Made by a program: the position numbers and the translations under genes. Source: an uncultured Chloroflexia bacterium (lineage in GTDB: Bacteria; Chloroflexota; Dehalococcoidia; DSTF01; JALHUB01). From it: a DNA stretch of 64,000 nucleotides. The notes below the pieces were generated by a model, which was not told where the DNA came from, did no database searches, and was given only the letters and a program-made list of their open reading frames with translations. Below, in pieces: positions 41,112 through 50,805 of this stretch. The first letter of the stretch is position 1. Each line of letters opens with the position of its first letter. The stretch lies in the NCBI GenBank assembly GCA_963763495.1, contig CAVXOY010000001.1:8424-72423 (forward strand). Direction: 5' to 3'.

Positions 41112-41423
41112 CTAGGGCATGCCCGGCAGGCGAAGCCCGGCGGTCAGGCTGGACATATGCTCCGTCTGAAGGGCCTGTCCCTTCTGCAAGGCTTCGGTGA
41201 GGGCAGCGGTCACCAGGTCTTCCAGCATCTCAACGTCATCGGGATCGACTACCTCGGGCGCTATCTTCACCGACTGAATCTCAAGCTTGCCGTTGATGGT
41301 GACTGTGACGGCACCCCCGCCGGCGCTGCCCTCGACGGTCTTGCTTTCGAGTTCTTCCTGGGCTTTCGCCAGCTTTGACTGCATTTGCTGGACCTGCCGC
41401 ATCATGTCACGGTTCATCTTCAT
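41112..41423 (-). CDS. ybaB: Nucleoid-associated protein YbaB/EbfC
   Basis: [25 protein letters not shown]..., 103 aa. GAGGAGA lies upstream of ATG 41423. ORF 41112..41612 is over-extended at its 5' end. Confidence 0.88.
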   Translation of the reverse strand: MKMNRDMMRQVQQMQSKLAKAQEELESKTVEGSAGGGAVTVTINGKLEIQSVKIAPEVVDPDDVEMLEDLVTAALTEALQKGQALQTEHMSSLTAGLRLPGMP

Positions 41424-41433
41424 AGACGTCTCC

Positions 41434-43131
41434 TCACTCTCCCTCGCCGACAAGCCGCGCTCCCAGCTCGCGGGCGGCCTGCACCAGATGCCCGCCCGCC
41501 GACCCAGCAGTAGCGCGGGGCGTACTCGCCCGGTCATCAAAGACGCAGCGGACGTCGTATTCAGAACCCAGGACTTGCTGCACCGCCTCGCGGAGGGCCT
41601 GCAGATAGGCACCGCCGTCGCCGGAGTTCATCTTCTCGGCCAGCGGCTCATGTCGCAGACCAAAGACGATAGTGCCGTTCTCCAGCCCGACGATAGCGCA
41701 ACCGCTGTTGAGCAAGGCACCGGCCTTGAAGTTGATCTTGCGAGTCAACTGGTAGATGTCTTGCCAGCGAGCCTGAATAGGGGCTAGGTCGGCGGAAGAC
41801 AAGCCAACCGGAATCTCCGTCTCCTCAGCGCCTGCCGCTGCCTCCTCCTTTTCGACCGCCGGCCGTGGTTCTTCGGCTACTGGGGGCGCTTCGCCTTCGC
41901 TGACAGCGACCTCTTCTTTCTTCCGGCGAGAGGCCGGCCGAGGGGGCGGACTCACGTCCTCTTCCGCTGAGGGAGCAGGAGCCGGCGGAGGAATATCCGG
42001 CTGTCTCTGCGGGGGAGGTGCTATGACCGGCGCCGGCCGTCGCGCCGGCTCGGCATCGCGGGCGAGGGCGCATTCGGCCAGGGCCAGCTCCAGCGGCAAC
42101 GACGACAGGGGATCGCCGCGGAGGTCGGCCTGCCCAAAGGCACGCAGCGCCTGCACAAGGGCTTCCCTGGTCACTCCCTCCAGCAGTTTCTTCATCTCCT
42201 TCGCCTGCTCTTTGGTCAGGCTGAGGGTGTTTTCCGCTCCCGTCTGGACGAGCAGCAACTGCCGGAGATGGGAAACCACCTCACGCTGGAACTGACGGAG
42301 GTCGAGGCCGTCGTCGCGCACGGAGGCGATGAGGGCCAAGCCGCCGCCGAGATCGCCGGTGAGGGCAAGCCGGGCAAGCTCGACGCTCCGGGCATCGCCG
42401 GTGAGTCCCAAGCCGCTGCGAACAGCCTCCAGCGTGAGCTCGTGACCGTGATAGTCCATCACCTGCTCGAGGAGGTTGATGCCGTCGCGCAGGCTACCGG
42501 TGGCAGTCCGGGCTATCAGTTCGAGCGCCTCGCGGGGGCAGGATATGCCTTCCTGTTTGCAGATGTAGTCCAGCCGGTCGACCGTGGCGTCGACGGGAAT
42601 GCGCCGGAAGTCGAAGCGCTGGCAACGGGAGGCGATGGTCGCCGGAACTTTGTGGGGCTCAGTCGTCGCCAGGACGAAGATGACGTGCGGTGGCGGCTCC
42701 TCCAGAGTCTTAAGGAGGGCGTTGAACGCTGGATCAGTGAGCATGTGGGCTTCGTCTATTATGTAAACTTTGAATTCGGCGGTGGCGGGAGCGAAACCCA
42801 CCTTCTCGCGCAGGCTGCGGATCTCGTCGATGCCGCGGTTGCTGGCGGCGTCCAGCTCGATGAGGTCCATAGCCCGGCCCTCGACAAAGGCGCGACAGGA
42901 GTCGCACTTGTTGCAGGGCTCGCCGTCCTGGGGATCAGTGCAGTTGGCGGCTTTCGCCAGCAGACGGCCGCTGCTCGTCTTGCCGGTGCCCCGGGGCCCG
43001 CTGAAGAGGTAGGCATGGGCAACCTTGCGAGCAGCCACAGCGTTCTTCAAGGTGCGCGCGATGGGTTCCTGACCGGCAAGCTCGCCGAAGGTCTGGGGAC
43101 GGTACTTGCGATAGAGGACTTCCACAGCCAT
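41434..43131 (-). CDS. dnaX: DNA polymerase III subunit gamma/tau
   Basis: YRKYRPQTFGEL, Walker A GPRGTGKT, and a zinc module CxxC. Pro/Ala-rich linker. Confidence 0.93.
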   Translation of the reverse strand: MAVEVLYRKYRPQTFGELAGQEPIARTLKNAVAARKVAHAYLFSGPRGTGKTSSGRLLAKAANCTDPQDGEPCNKCDSCRAFVEGRAMDLIELDAASNRGIDEIRSLREKVGFAPATAEFKVYIIDEAHMLTDPAFNALLKTLEEPPPHVIFVLATTEPHKVPATIASRCQRFDFRRIPVDATVDRLDYICKQEGISCPREALELIARTATGSLRDGINLLEQVMDYHGHELTLEAVRSGLGLTGDARSVELARLALTGDLGGGLALIASVRDDGLDLRQFQREVVSHLRQLLLVQTGAENTLSLTKEQAKEMKKLLEGVTREALVQALRAFGQADLRGDPLSSLPLELALAECALARDAEPARRPAPVIAPPPQRQPDIPPPAPAPSAEEDVSPPPRPASRRKKEEVAVSEGEAPPVAEEPRPAVEKEEAAAGAEETEIPVGLSSADLAPIQARWQDIYQLTRKINFKAGALLNSGCAIVGLENGTIVFGLRHEPLAEKMNSGDGGAYLQALREAVQQVLGSEYDVRCVFDDRASTPRATAGSAGGHLVQAARELGARLVGEGE

Positions 43132-43154
43132 TTGCTATCTCACGCTGGATTATA

Positions 43155-43613
43155 TCATCCCAGGGCGGCGAGAAGGGCCTCTTCACGCGCCCTCATTGCC
43201 CGTTCTTCTTCCTTTTGCGCATGGTCGTAGCCTAAGAGATGGAGGATACCGTGGATGAGGAGGTGCGCCACTTCTTGCTCGATCGGATGACCCGACTGCT
43301 CGGCCTGCCGCCGCGCCGTGGGACAGGAGATGACGACCTCACCCAACCGGCTGACGCCATCCGGCGGCAAGACGAAGTCCTGCGCATTCTCCGTCAGGGC
43401 GAAGGAGAGGACATCCGTGGGCGCGTCCTCGCCGCGGTAGTCACGGTTCAGCGTTTGCAGCGCACGGTCGCCGGTTATCACGATGCCGATCTCAGCGGAG
43501 GTGACACCCTCAGCAGCGAGGACGCGCCCGGCGATCAGCCGCAGCCAATCCTCAGCGATCCGTTTGCGGAAGGGGGCATCTATCCTGACATGCACGTGAT
43601 ACGATTCTGCCAT
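43155..43613 (-). CDS. ybeY: rRNA maturation endoribonuclease YbeY
   Basis: HxxxHxxGxxH motif HLLIHGILHLLGYDH. The start is ATG 43613 (or 43628). The remainder of ORF 43155..44018 is read-through. Confidence 0.88.
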   Translation of the reverse strand: MAESYHVHVRIDAPFRKRIAEDWLRLIAGRVLAAEGVTSAEIGIVITGDRALQTLNRDYRGEDAPTDVLSFALTENAQDFVLPPDGVSRLGEVVISCPTARRQAEQSGHPIEQEVAHLLIHGILHLLGYDHAQKEEERAMRAREEALLAALG

Positions 43614-43730
43614 CGGGCTTATCTCCATCGCTCGCTCGGTCATACTATCATGGATCGCGCTTCCGCCGTCGGCAAGGGTTTGCGTGCTTGCGCGTTCGTG
43701 ATATAGATTGCGAGGACGAGGCGGTGACAG

Positions 43731-44177
43731 ATGACAACTGAGCCGGAAGCCCGACAGGTCGTAACGTGCTTCCTCCGTCGCAAGGACGCAAAGGGCAAGG
43801 ATGAGATCCTCATCCTGCGGCGGAGCGGGCGTGTCGGCTCGTATCAAGGCCGCTGGGCCGGAGTGAGCGGCTATCTTGAGGGCGATGAGCCGTTGGCGCG
43901 GGCGCTCGTCGAGATCGAGGAGGAGACAGGGCTGTCGGCCGCTGAGGTGCGACTGGTCCGGACCGGCGAGCCTCTTCCTGTCGACGACGAGGAGCGAGGA
44001 CTCCGCTGGCTGGTGCATCCCTTCCTCTTCGACGTCGCGACGGAGAGGCCTCTAACGCTGGACTGGGAGAACACAGAGGCCCGCTGGATTGCGCCCGCGG
44101 AACTGGTAGAATATGAGACGGTGCCGCTTCTAAAGGAAGCGCTAGAACGCGTCTACGTCAGGCCCGACCGGGCATAA
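43731..44177 (+). CDS. NUDIX hydrolase
   Basis: Nudix box GYLEGDEPLARALVEIEEETGL. Confidence 0.85.
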   Translation: MTTEPEARQVVTCFLRRKDAKGKDEILILRRSGRVGSYQGRWAGVSGYLEGDEPLARALVEIEEETGLSAAEVRLVRTGEPLPVDDEERGLRWLVHPFLFDVATERPLTLDWENTEARWIAPAELVEYETVPLLKEALERVYVRPDRA

Positions 44178-44226
44178 GTCTGCTTTTTCCGGCCGGACGC
44201 TAGTCAGCAAGGGGAAAGGGGTCACA

Positions 44227-45513
44227 ATGGTTGTGCGAACTGTAGTCGCGTTGACGATCGTGGCAGCGCTGCTGACGGGTTGTGGGGGCGGAGACTCTCC
44301 CGAGCCCACCACAACCGCAAGGGCGACCAGCAGCACCGCCAAGACCCGCACACCTGCCGCGTCGCCCAAACCCGTCACGTCCACCCCCCGTCCGGCTGCT
44401 ATTCCCGCAAAGCCGGCAACGTTCGAGGAGTACGCAGAGACGATCGCCGCCTACTTGAGCGCCGCGGGCGACTCCGCGCTCGGTGAGTCCTGCCTCAAGG
44501 ATCTCTTCGACGCTTGGCAACTGCCGGCGCCCGGCGGCGACACAGGGCTCTGCCTCGCGGCGGACACCGACGGAGACCCGGATGAGGAGGTCGCGGTCCT
44601 TCTCGGCGACAGCAGCCAGGCGACGGCCGATCCCATGGCAGGCATTACCTGGCAGGTCATCGTTTTCGACATGCAGGGCGGTGCCTACGAGGTAGCGTTC
44701 GCGTCGACCCCGATGATGGCGGACGCCATTACACCGGCAAAGCCCGCCTTGCTGGCGCTGGACGATATCAACAAGGACGGCAGCGGAGAGTTGGTGTACT
44801 CGGAGACCCAGTGCGGCGCCCACACCTGTACCGTTACTGTCCACATCCTGAGAGCCGGCCCCACCGGCTACGTGAGCATCTCCGGTGAAGGATTCAGCAT
44901 GGCAACCGCCGACGTCACTCTGGAGGACAGGGACGGGGACGGAGTGCTGGAGCTTGTCATGAGCGGCGGGACCATCGGCTCCATCGGAGCAGGGCCACAG
45001 CGCGAGCGGACGGAGGTCTACGCCTGGGACGGCACGGCTTACGGCCTGACAGAGACGACCCTCGCCCCGACCAACATCCTTTACCTGCGCGTGACCGAGG
45101 CAGATGCGCTGTTCAGCGCCGGTCTCTATGATCAGGCCCTCGCGGTCTACCAGGAAGCCCTCAGCGACCCAACTCTCCAGACGTGGAAGCAGCCTGAGGA
45201 AATGGTGGCGCCCGAGCGCATCGAGCTCAACGCTTACATCCTCTTCCGCATGGGGCTCTCATCCATCGGCGTGAGTGGGCCGAATGACCAAGCGATCGGG
45301 TATATTCAGCAGGCGGTCGCCGAGTACGGCGGCAATCTCCACGGCGACCTGGCGAACGCTTTCCTCACCAGCTACCTCGCCAAGAACGATGTATCGCTTG
45401 CTTGCGCCGCCGCCGAGGGTTTCATCGCGTCGCACCTGAGTCTCTTCGAGGCGTTCTGGGACTACGGCTACGCCAACCCCATCTTCAACGCCGAAGCCGT
45501 CTGCCCGTTCTAG
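44227..45513 (+). CDS. Hypothetical lipoprotein with Asp-rich (FG-GAP/VCBS-like) repeats
   Basis: Lipobox LLTGC. Repeats DTDGDPDEE, INKDGSGELV and DRDGDGVLELV. Helical-repeat C-terminus. Confidence 0.6.
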   Translation: MVVRTVVALTIVAALLTGCGGGDSPEPTTTARATSSTAKTRTPAASPKPVTSTPRPAAIPAKPATFEEYAETIAAYLSAAGDSALGESCLKDLFDAWQLPAPGGDTGLCLAADTDGDPDEEVAVLLGDSSQATADPMAGITWQVIVFDMQGGAYEVAFASTPMMADAITPAKPALLALDDINKDGSGELVYSETQCGAHTCTVTVHILRAGPTGYVSISGEGFSMATADVTLEDRDGDGVLELVMSGGTIGSIGAGPQRERTEVYAWDGTAYGLTETTLAPTNILYLRVTEADALFSAGLYDQALAVYQEALSDPTLQTWKQPEEMVAPERIELNAYILFRMGLSSIGVSGPNDQAIGYIQQAVAEYGGNLHGDLANAFLTSYLAKNDVSLACAAAEGFIASHLSLFEAFWDYGYANPIFNAEAVCPF

Positions 45514-45585
45514 AAGCATGTCCTCTCGCCGCAGCCGTCTCCACGGCTTAAGATAGTAGAAGAGACATGCGACGAGCCGTGGATC

Positions 45586-46734
45586 ATGAAAATGGATAGC
45601 CCCACCAAACGACCACTGCTAGAGGTCGACTTCAACCTTACGCCCTTCACGGTCGCCTGGGAGATAACCCGCGCCTGCGCCCTCGCCTGCGTACACTGCC
45701 GGGCAGAGGCGCAGCCCAAGCGCGACCCCCGCGAGCTCACGACCGATGAGGGCTTCCGGCTTATCGACCAACTGGTTGAGGTAGGCAGACCTATCGTGGT
45801 AGTCACCGGCGGCGACCCCCTGATGCGCCCCGACCTCCTCGACCTCATCCGCTACGCAAGCCAGAAAGGGCTGCGCGTCGCGCTGTCGCCTACCGCCACC
45901 GCGCTCGCCACGAGGGAGCGACTGCAAGCGGCGCGGGAGGCCGGTGTCGCCCGTATGCAGATCAGCCTGGACGGGTCGAAGCCGGATATCCAGGACACGT
46001 TCCGGGGCAGAAAGGGGTCGTTCCAGCGCACGACCGAGATTCTGGAGACGATACAGGACCTGGGCGTGTCGCTCCAGGTGGGGACGACTGTCAGCCGCTT
46101 CAATCTGGACGACTTGGACGGGATCGCGGCGCTGGTGGCGCGATACGGGGCCGTAATGTGGAGCCTGTTCTTCCTCGTGCCGACGGGACGGGGCAGGACT
46201 GAGGATATGATCTCCGCCGAGGAGCACGAGCGGGTGTTCAACTGGCTGTACGATCTCTCTAGGAGCGCCCCCTTCGACGTGCGGACGACAGCAGCCCAGC
46301 ACTATCGGCGAGTGGTGATCCAGCGACGCCGCCAAGAAGCAGCCACGAACGACGACGCCGACAAAGCGCTGACGGTCACCGGCGCCGGTTACAGCTTCGC
46401 CGATGGACTGGGTCAGTCGGGCAAGGGCGTCAACGACGGCAACGGGTTCGCCTTCGTGAGCCATATCGGCGATGTCTGCCCCAGCGGCTTCCTGCCTCTC
46501 TCAGCGGGCAACGTGCGCGAGCAGTCGTTCGTCGAGATCTACCGTCACTCTCAACTGTTCCAAGAGCTGCGAGACTACAGCTTGCTGAAAGGCAAGTGCG
46601 GCCTCTGCGACTTCCGCGAGGTGTGCGGCGGGTCACGGGCACGCGCTTTCGCGGTGACTGGGGACTACCTGGAGTCGGACCCCTATTGCGCATACATACC
46701 GCCGGCGGCACGGCAGGCACAGACGGCGAATTGA
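45586..46734 (+). CDS. Radical SAM/SPASM enzyme of the NirJ/AhbC/AhbD type
   Basis: CxxxCxxC motif (CALACVHC) and a C-terminal Cys cluster (CPSG...CGLCDFREVCGG...DPYCAY). It lies immediately upstream of the siroheme-decarboxylase-like genes. Confidence 0.75.
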   Translation: MKMDSPTKRPLLEVDFNLTPFTVAWEITRACALACVHCRAEAQPKRDPRELTTDEGFRLIDQLVEVGRPIVVVTGGDPLMRPDLLDLIRYASQKGLRVALSPTATALATRERLQAAREAGVARMQISLDGSKPDIQDTFRGRKGSFQRTTEILETIQDLGVSLQVGTTVSRFNLDDLDGIAALVARYGAVMWSLFFLVPTGRGRTEDMISAEEHERVFNWLYDLSRSAPFDVRTTAAQHYRRVVIQRRRQEAATNDDADKALTVTGAGYSFADGLGQSGKGVNDGNGFAFVSHIGDVCPSGFLPLSAGNVREQSFVEIYRHSQLFQELRDYSLLKGKCGLCDFREVCGGSRARAFAVTGDYLESDPYCAYIPPAARQAQTAN

Positions 46735-46745
46735 GGCACTCCTTC

Positions 46746-47212
46746 ATGCCACTTGAGTTGGACAGGAATGACAGGCGCATCCTGAACCGAGTCCAGAGCG
46801 ACTTCCCTATCGCATCGCGTCCGTTTCTGGAGGTGGGCCGCGAACTGGGGATGACCGAAGAAGAGGTGATCTCGCGGGTGCAGCGGCTGCTCGAGACAGG
46901 AGCGATTAACCGCCTCGGGCCGGTGCTGAACCCCGCCACACTGGGTGGGGAACGTACACTAGCGGCGATGCACGTTCCACCGGAGCGGCTGGATGAGATA
47001 GCAGCAGCTGGTAAACGGATTCGCTATCGTATCCCACAACTACGAGCGCGAGCACCACTACAATCTCTGGTTCGTCCTATCGTCCGAGAACCCAGGCGAG
47101 ATCGATAAGGTGCTGGCTGCCATCGAGCAGCAGGTCGGGCATAGCGGTGATGAACCTGCCGACGCTGGAGGAGTATTTCCTGGGGGTACGATTCCAGCTT
47201 TCCCCGGACTAG
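46746..47212 (+). CDS. Siroheme decarboxylase subunit (AhbA/AhbB, NirD/L/G/H family), two apparent +1 frameshifts
   Basis: Begins MPLELDRNDRRILNRVQSDFPIASRPF. The sequence is restored as ...IAAAVNGFAIVSHNYEREHHYNLWFVLSSENPGEIDKVLAAIEQQVGHS|VMNLPTLEEYFLGVRFQLSPD*. Extra G at 47010-47011 and at 47146-47147. Confidence 0.8.
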
Positions 47213-47216
47213 ACGG

Positions 47217-47741
47217 ATGATGCTGACAGACGAAGAACGCGCGCTGATCCTCGCTATCCAGGATGGGTTGCCCATCGTGCCGGAGCCGTATCGGGCGGTG
47301 GCAGAGCAGGTAGGCACGACGGAGGAGCGCGTGTTGGAAATCCTGCGAGCGCTGGCAGCGAGAGGCGTGATCAAGCGGCTGGGCGCGGTCCCGAACCACC
47401 TGGCGCTGGGGTTCACCGCCAACGGCATGGCCGTCTGGGACGTCCCCGACGACCGGGTGAGTCAGGCGGGAAGAAAGGTGGGCAGTTTCTCTGAGGTAAG
47501 TCACTGCTATCTGAGGCCCCGACAGCCTCCCGACTGGCCGTACAATCTCTTCGCCATGGTGCATGGGCAGTCTCGCCGGGAGGTGCTGGCGACAGTGGGA
47601 CGAATCGCGCAGGAAGCAGACATTGCCGACCGGCCTCATGCGGTGCTGTTCAGCACACGCCAGTTCCGGAAGCGGGGCACCCGGCTCCGAGAGGCAAGTC
47701 CCGGAGAAGACAGCAGAAGAGGCAATCAAGGCCCCGAATAG
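47217..47741 (+). CDS. Siroheme decarboxylase subunit (AhbA/AhbB, NirD/L/G/H family)
   Basis: LTDEERALILAIQDGLPIVPEPY..., SHCYLRP, and LFSTRQFRKRG. Confidence 0.8.
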   Translation: MMLTDEERALILAIQDGLPIVPEPYRAVAEQVGTTEERVLEILRALAARGVIKRLGAVPNHLALGFTANGMAVWDVPDDRVSQAGRKVGSFSEVSHCYLRPRQPPDWPYNLFAMVHGQSRREVLATVGRIAQEADIADRPHAVLFSTRQFRKRGTRLREASPGEDSRRGNQGPE

Positions 47742-47891
47742 ATACCGACACGGCTTCCCCAACAGCGACGCGGAATTGATCCTAGACGCAATTGCGCGTT
47801 GACAGCCTCGATAGGCTGCTCTACCATTGAAGAAGAACCCTCATTTTCGTACTACGTTGTCACGTCACTCTAGACGGCAAGGAGCAGCGTA

Positions 47892-49136
47892 ATGTACGGC
47901 ACACTGGCACCAACCGCAAAGCGGATTGAAGACTACGTCCCCCTAGCCGGCAGAGAGCTGATCGACGGACTGAAACGGCTGGCCAAGCCATTCAAAGGGC
48001 TGCGCGTGCTGAACCTTAGTGTGACTGCTTTCGGCACCGGCGTCGCTGAACTGCTGCGATCCTCTGTACCCCTCCTCTCCGATCTGGGACTGGACTGCCA
48101 GTGGCAGGTCGTGCACATCGACGAGGAGTCGGCCCGCGTCAACAAGCAGATGTACCGAGCGCTCGCCGGTGGGAGGGCCGACTGGGATGAGAGGATGGTC
48201 AGGACTTGGCAGCACTACACTGCGATGAACGCGGACTTGCTCCGAGACCACTTCGACGTGGTGGTTATCCATGACCTTCAGCCAGCGGCGTTGCGCACTC
48301 ACATCGAAAAGGGAAGGCACCAGCGGTCGCGGTGGATCATGTACAGCCACATCGATCTGTCATCTGCACAGGATGACGTTTGGTCCCTAGTACGCCGTCA
48401 CATTCAAGACTACGACGCGTTGGTCTTCGAAGATGAGACGTTTCTGGGGGTGGGAATCGAGGGCGTGCCTGTCCGCATCATCCCTCCCGCCATCGACCCC
48501 TCAGGGCCGCGAAACATGCCGTTGTCCCAGAATGCGATAGCAGGGGTCCTCGACCAGTACGGCATCAACAGAAGGCGCCCACTAGTTGCGCAAGTGGCAC
48601 CGTGCAGCAAGGACTGCGACGCATTGGGAGCGATTGAGGTGTTTCGATTGGCGCAGGAGCGGGTGCCCGGCCTGCAGTTGGTCTTGATGGTCACATCGCT
48701 CCCCGAGGATCCCTTTGAACTCACCTACTTCGAGACGGTCGCAGCGGAAGCGGCACGCCATCCAGAAGACATACACTTCCTCTCCAACCCAGGTGACGTG
48801 GGAAACGTGGAGGTAAACGTGGTGCAGCGGGCGGCGAAGGTGGTCATGCAGCGGGCATTGCGCAAGGGCTTTGGCATCTGGCTGTCGGACGCGCTGTGGA
48901 AAGAGAAGCCGGTGGTGGCAGCGCCGATGGGTGGTATCCCAAAGCAGGTGATCCACGGCAAGACGGGCTATCTCGCTAACACAACCGAGGAATTTGCCGG
49001 CCACATCGTCAATCTCGTAGGGGACAGCGAGACTGCACAGGAACTGGGGGCTGCTGGACATCAGCATGTGACCGACAATTTCCTTGTAAGCCGCTATTTA
49101 TGCGACTATCTGCACCTTCTTGAAGGGATCGTCTAG
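47892..49136 (+). CDS. TreT-like GT4 glycosyltransferase paralogue lacking the EX7E motif
   Basis: 414 aa, colinear with the downstream TreT. However FGGGVAE becomes FGTGVAE, SRFDPWKD becomes APCSKDCD, and REGFGLTVTE becomes RKGFGIWLSD. Confidence 0.75.
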   Translation: MYGTLAPTAKRIEDYVPLAGRELIDGLKRLAKPFKGLRVLNLSVTAFGTGVAELLRSSVPLLSDLGLDCQWQVVHIDEESARVNKQMYRALAGGRADWDERMVRTWQHYTAMNADLLRDHFDVVVIHDLQPAALRTHIEKGRHQRSRWIMYSHIDLSSAQDDVWSLVRRHIQDYDALVFEDETFLGVGIEGVPVRIIPPAIDPSGPRNMPLSQNAIAGVLDQYGINRRRPLVAQVAPCSKDCDALGAIEVFRLAQERVPGLQLVLMVTSLPEDPFELTYFETVAAEAARHPEDIHFLSNPGDVGNVEVNVVQRAAKVVMQRALRKGFGIWLSDALWKEKPVVAAPMGGIPKQVIHGKTGYLANTTEEFAGHIVNLVGDSETAQELGAAGHQHVTDNFLVSRYLCDYLHLLEGIV

Positions 49137-49216
49137 GGTTGTTGTTCAAGGCTCTCCGCCAGTCCGCCATTGCACAGCGCTGCAGAGCAATGGGCTACAA
49201 TAACTAGGATCAAGGC

Positions 49217-50521
49217 ATGCTCAGTTCTATCCCCACCACCCCAAAGGCTCTGGAAAACTACCGGTCACTGATTGGCGATGACCGAATAGAGGAGATTTTG
49301 AGCCTCGCGGCGCCTCTAAAAGGGGCCCGTGTGCTGCACGTGAATGCCACACCGTTTGGAGGTGGCGTAGCCGAGATCCTCAACTCGTTGGTCCCGCTAA
49401 TGGTGAACATCGGTCTAGAGGCCGATTGGCAGGTGATAAGGGCCGGCGACGACTTCTTCCGTGTCACCAAGGGGATGCACAACAGCCTCCAAGGGATGCT
49501 CATCGACTGGACGCCTCAGATGTGGGAGGTGTGGCTGGAATACAACAGGGCCAACGGTGAGATGTTCGATGAGGAGTACGACTTCGTCGTGATCCATGAC
49601 CCCCAGCCGGCAGCCATGCTGAGCATTCTCACCGAGACGAACCAGTGCCGTCCCGCCGGCAAGTGGGTATGGCGGTGCCACATCGACCTCACCGACGCCC
49701 AAGTGCAGGTCTGGGACATGTTGCGGCCCTACGTCTCCGCCTATGACGGAGCAATCTTCACGCACCGCGACTATATGAAGGACGACCTTCGTGGCCCGAT
49801 CCCGTTCATCGTGCCGCCGTCCATCGACCCGCTCGCGGCCAAGAACGCCGACATACCAGAGGATACCGTCGAGAGCATTCTTCGCCACCACGAGATCGAC
49901 CCGCAAAGGCCGCTCATCGCCCAGGTGTCCCGCTTCGACCCCTGGAAGGACCCTCTGGGAGTCATCGACGTCTACCGGTCTTTGAAGCGCAAGGTGCCGG
50001 ATCTGCAACTAGTGCTCGTGGCCTCGATGGCCTACGACGACCCGGAAGGCTGGGCCTGGTACGAACGAACGGTGCGCCGGGCCGGCGAAGACATGGACAT
50101 CAAGATCCGCACCAACCTGAACGGCGTGGGAAACGTCGAGGTCAACGCTTTCCAGCGGGCCGCGCAGGTGATCATTCAAAAGTCGGTGCGGGAGGGTTTT
50201 GGGCTAACGGTGACGGAGGGACTCTGGAAGGGCCGGCCGGTAGTAGCGGGGAACGTCGGCGGTATCCCTCTCCAGATCGTCAACGGGGAAACCGGCTACC
50301 TGGTCAACACTGTAGAGGAGTGCGCCGACCGTGTGCTCTCTCTGATGGAGAACCCCGGTCTGGCAAGAAACATGGGGCAGGCAGGCCGTGAGCGCGTGCG
50401 GGACAACTTCCTCATTACCCGCAACCTTAGAGACTACCTCCACATCTTCCGGATTCTAGCAGGCCTAGAGCCGGCAGGCGAGGGAAGGGCGATAGCCAAG
50501 TTTGCCCAGACCCGGAATTAG
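49217..50521 (+). CDS. treT: Trehalose glycosyltransferring synthase TreT-type GT4 glycosyltransferase
   Basis: Motifs FGGGVAEIL, VIHDPQP, WRCHIDL, QVSRFDPWKD and EX7E (REGFGLTVTE). Family call is from memory of archaeal/bacterial TreT sequences. Confidence 0.75.
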   Translation: MLSSIPTTPKALENYRSLIGDDRIEEILSLAAPLKGARVLHVNATPFGGGVAEILNSLVPLMVNIGLEADWQVIRAGDDFFRVTKGMHNSLQGMLIDWTPQMWEVWLEYNRANGEMFDEEYDFVVIHDPQPAAMLSILTETNQCRPAGKWVWRCHIDLTDAQVQVWDMLRPYVSAYDGAIFTHRDYMKDDLRGPIPFIVPPSIDPLAAKNADIPEDTVESILRHHEIDPQRPLIAQVSRFDPWKDPLGVIDVYRSLKRKVPDLQLVLVASMAYDDPEGWAWYERTVRRAGEDMDIKIRTNLNGVGNVEVNAFQRAAQVIIQKSVREGFGLTVTEGLWKGRPVVAGNVGGIPLQIVNGETGYLVNTVEECADRVLSLMENPGLARNMGQAGRERVRDNFLITRNLRDYLHIFRILAGLEPAGEGRAIAKFAQTRN

Positions 50522-50805
50522 GGCCCCTTTCCGGTTCTCTCCCGAAGAGACTCCTACTCGCATTTCTCAGCCCAATGGGAATCAGGTCAGCCCAGCCGCG
50601 GCCCGACCAACCTGTTGACACAAAGAGACCATACAGTGTTTCATCAGAGGTTACGACCATCGGAAGGATGGGGCGCTAGAAGCCAAGCTACCGGCAGTCC
50701 AACGGCACAACTTCGACGCCGAGTTTGAGAACCGTAGCCACTGCGCAGCCATCGATTCTCTGAACCGGCAGATCCAGAAATCGGCGACCCAATGAGGAGA
50801 TCTCT

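Noticed and set aside
41434-43131. A possible dnaX -1 programmed frameshift producing a gamma subunit.
   Set aside because: No A AAA AAG-type slippery sequence or downstream hairpin was seen in the gene.
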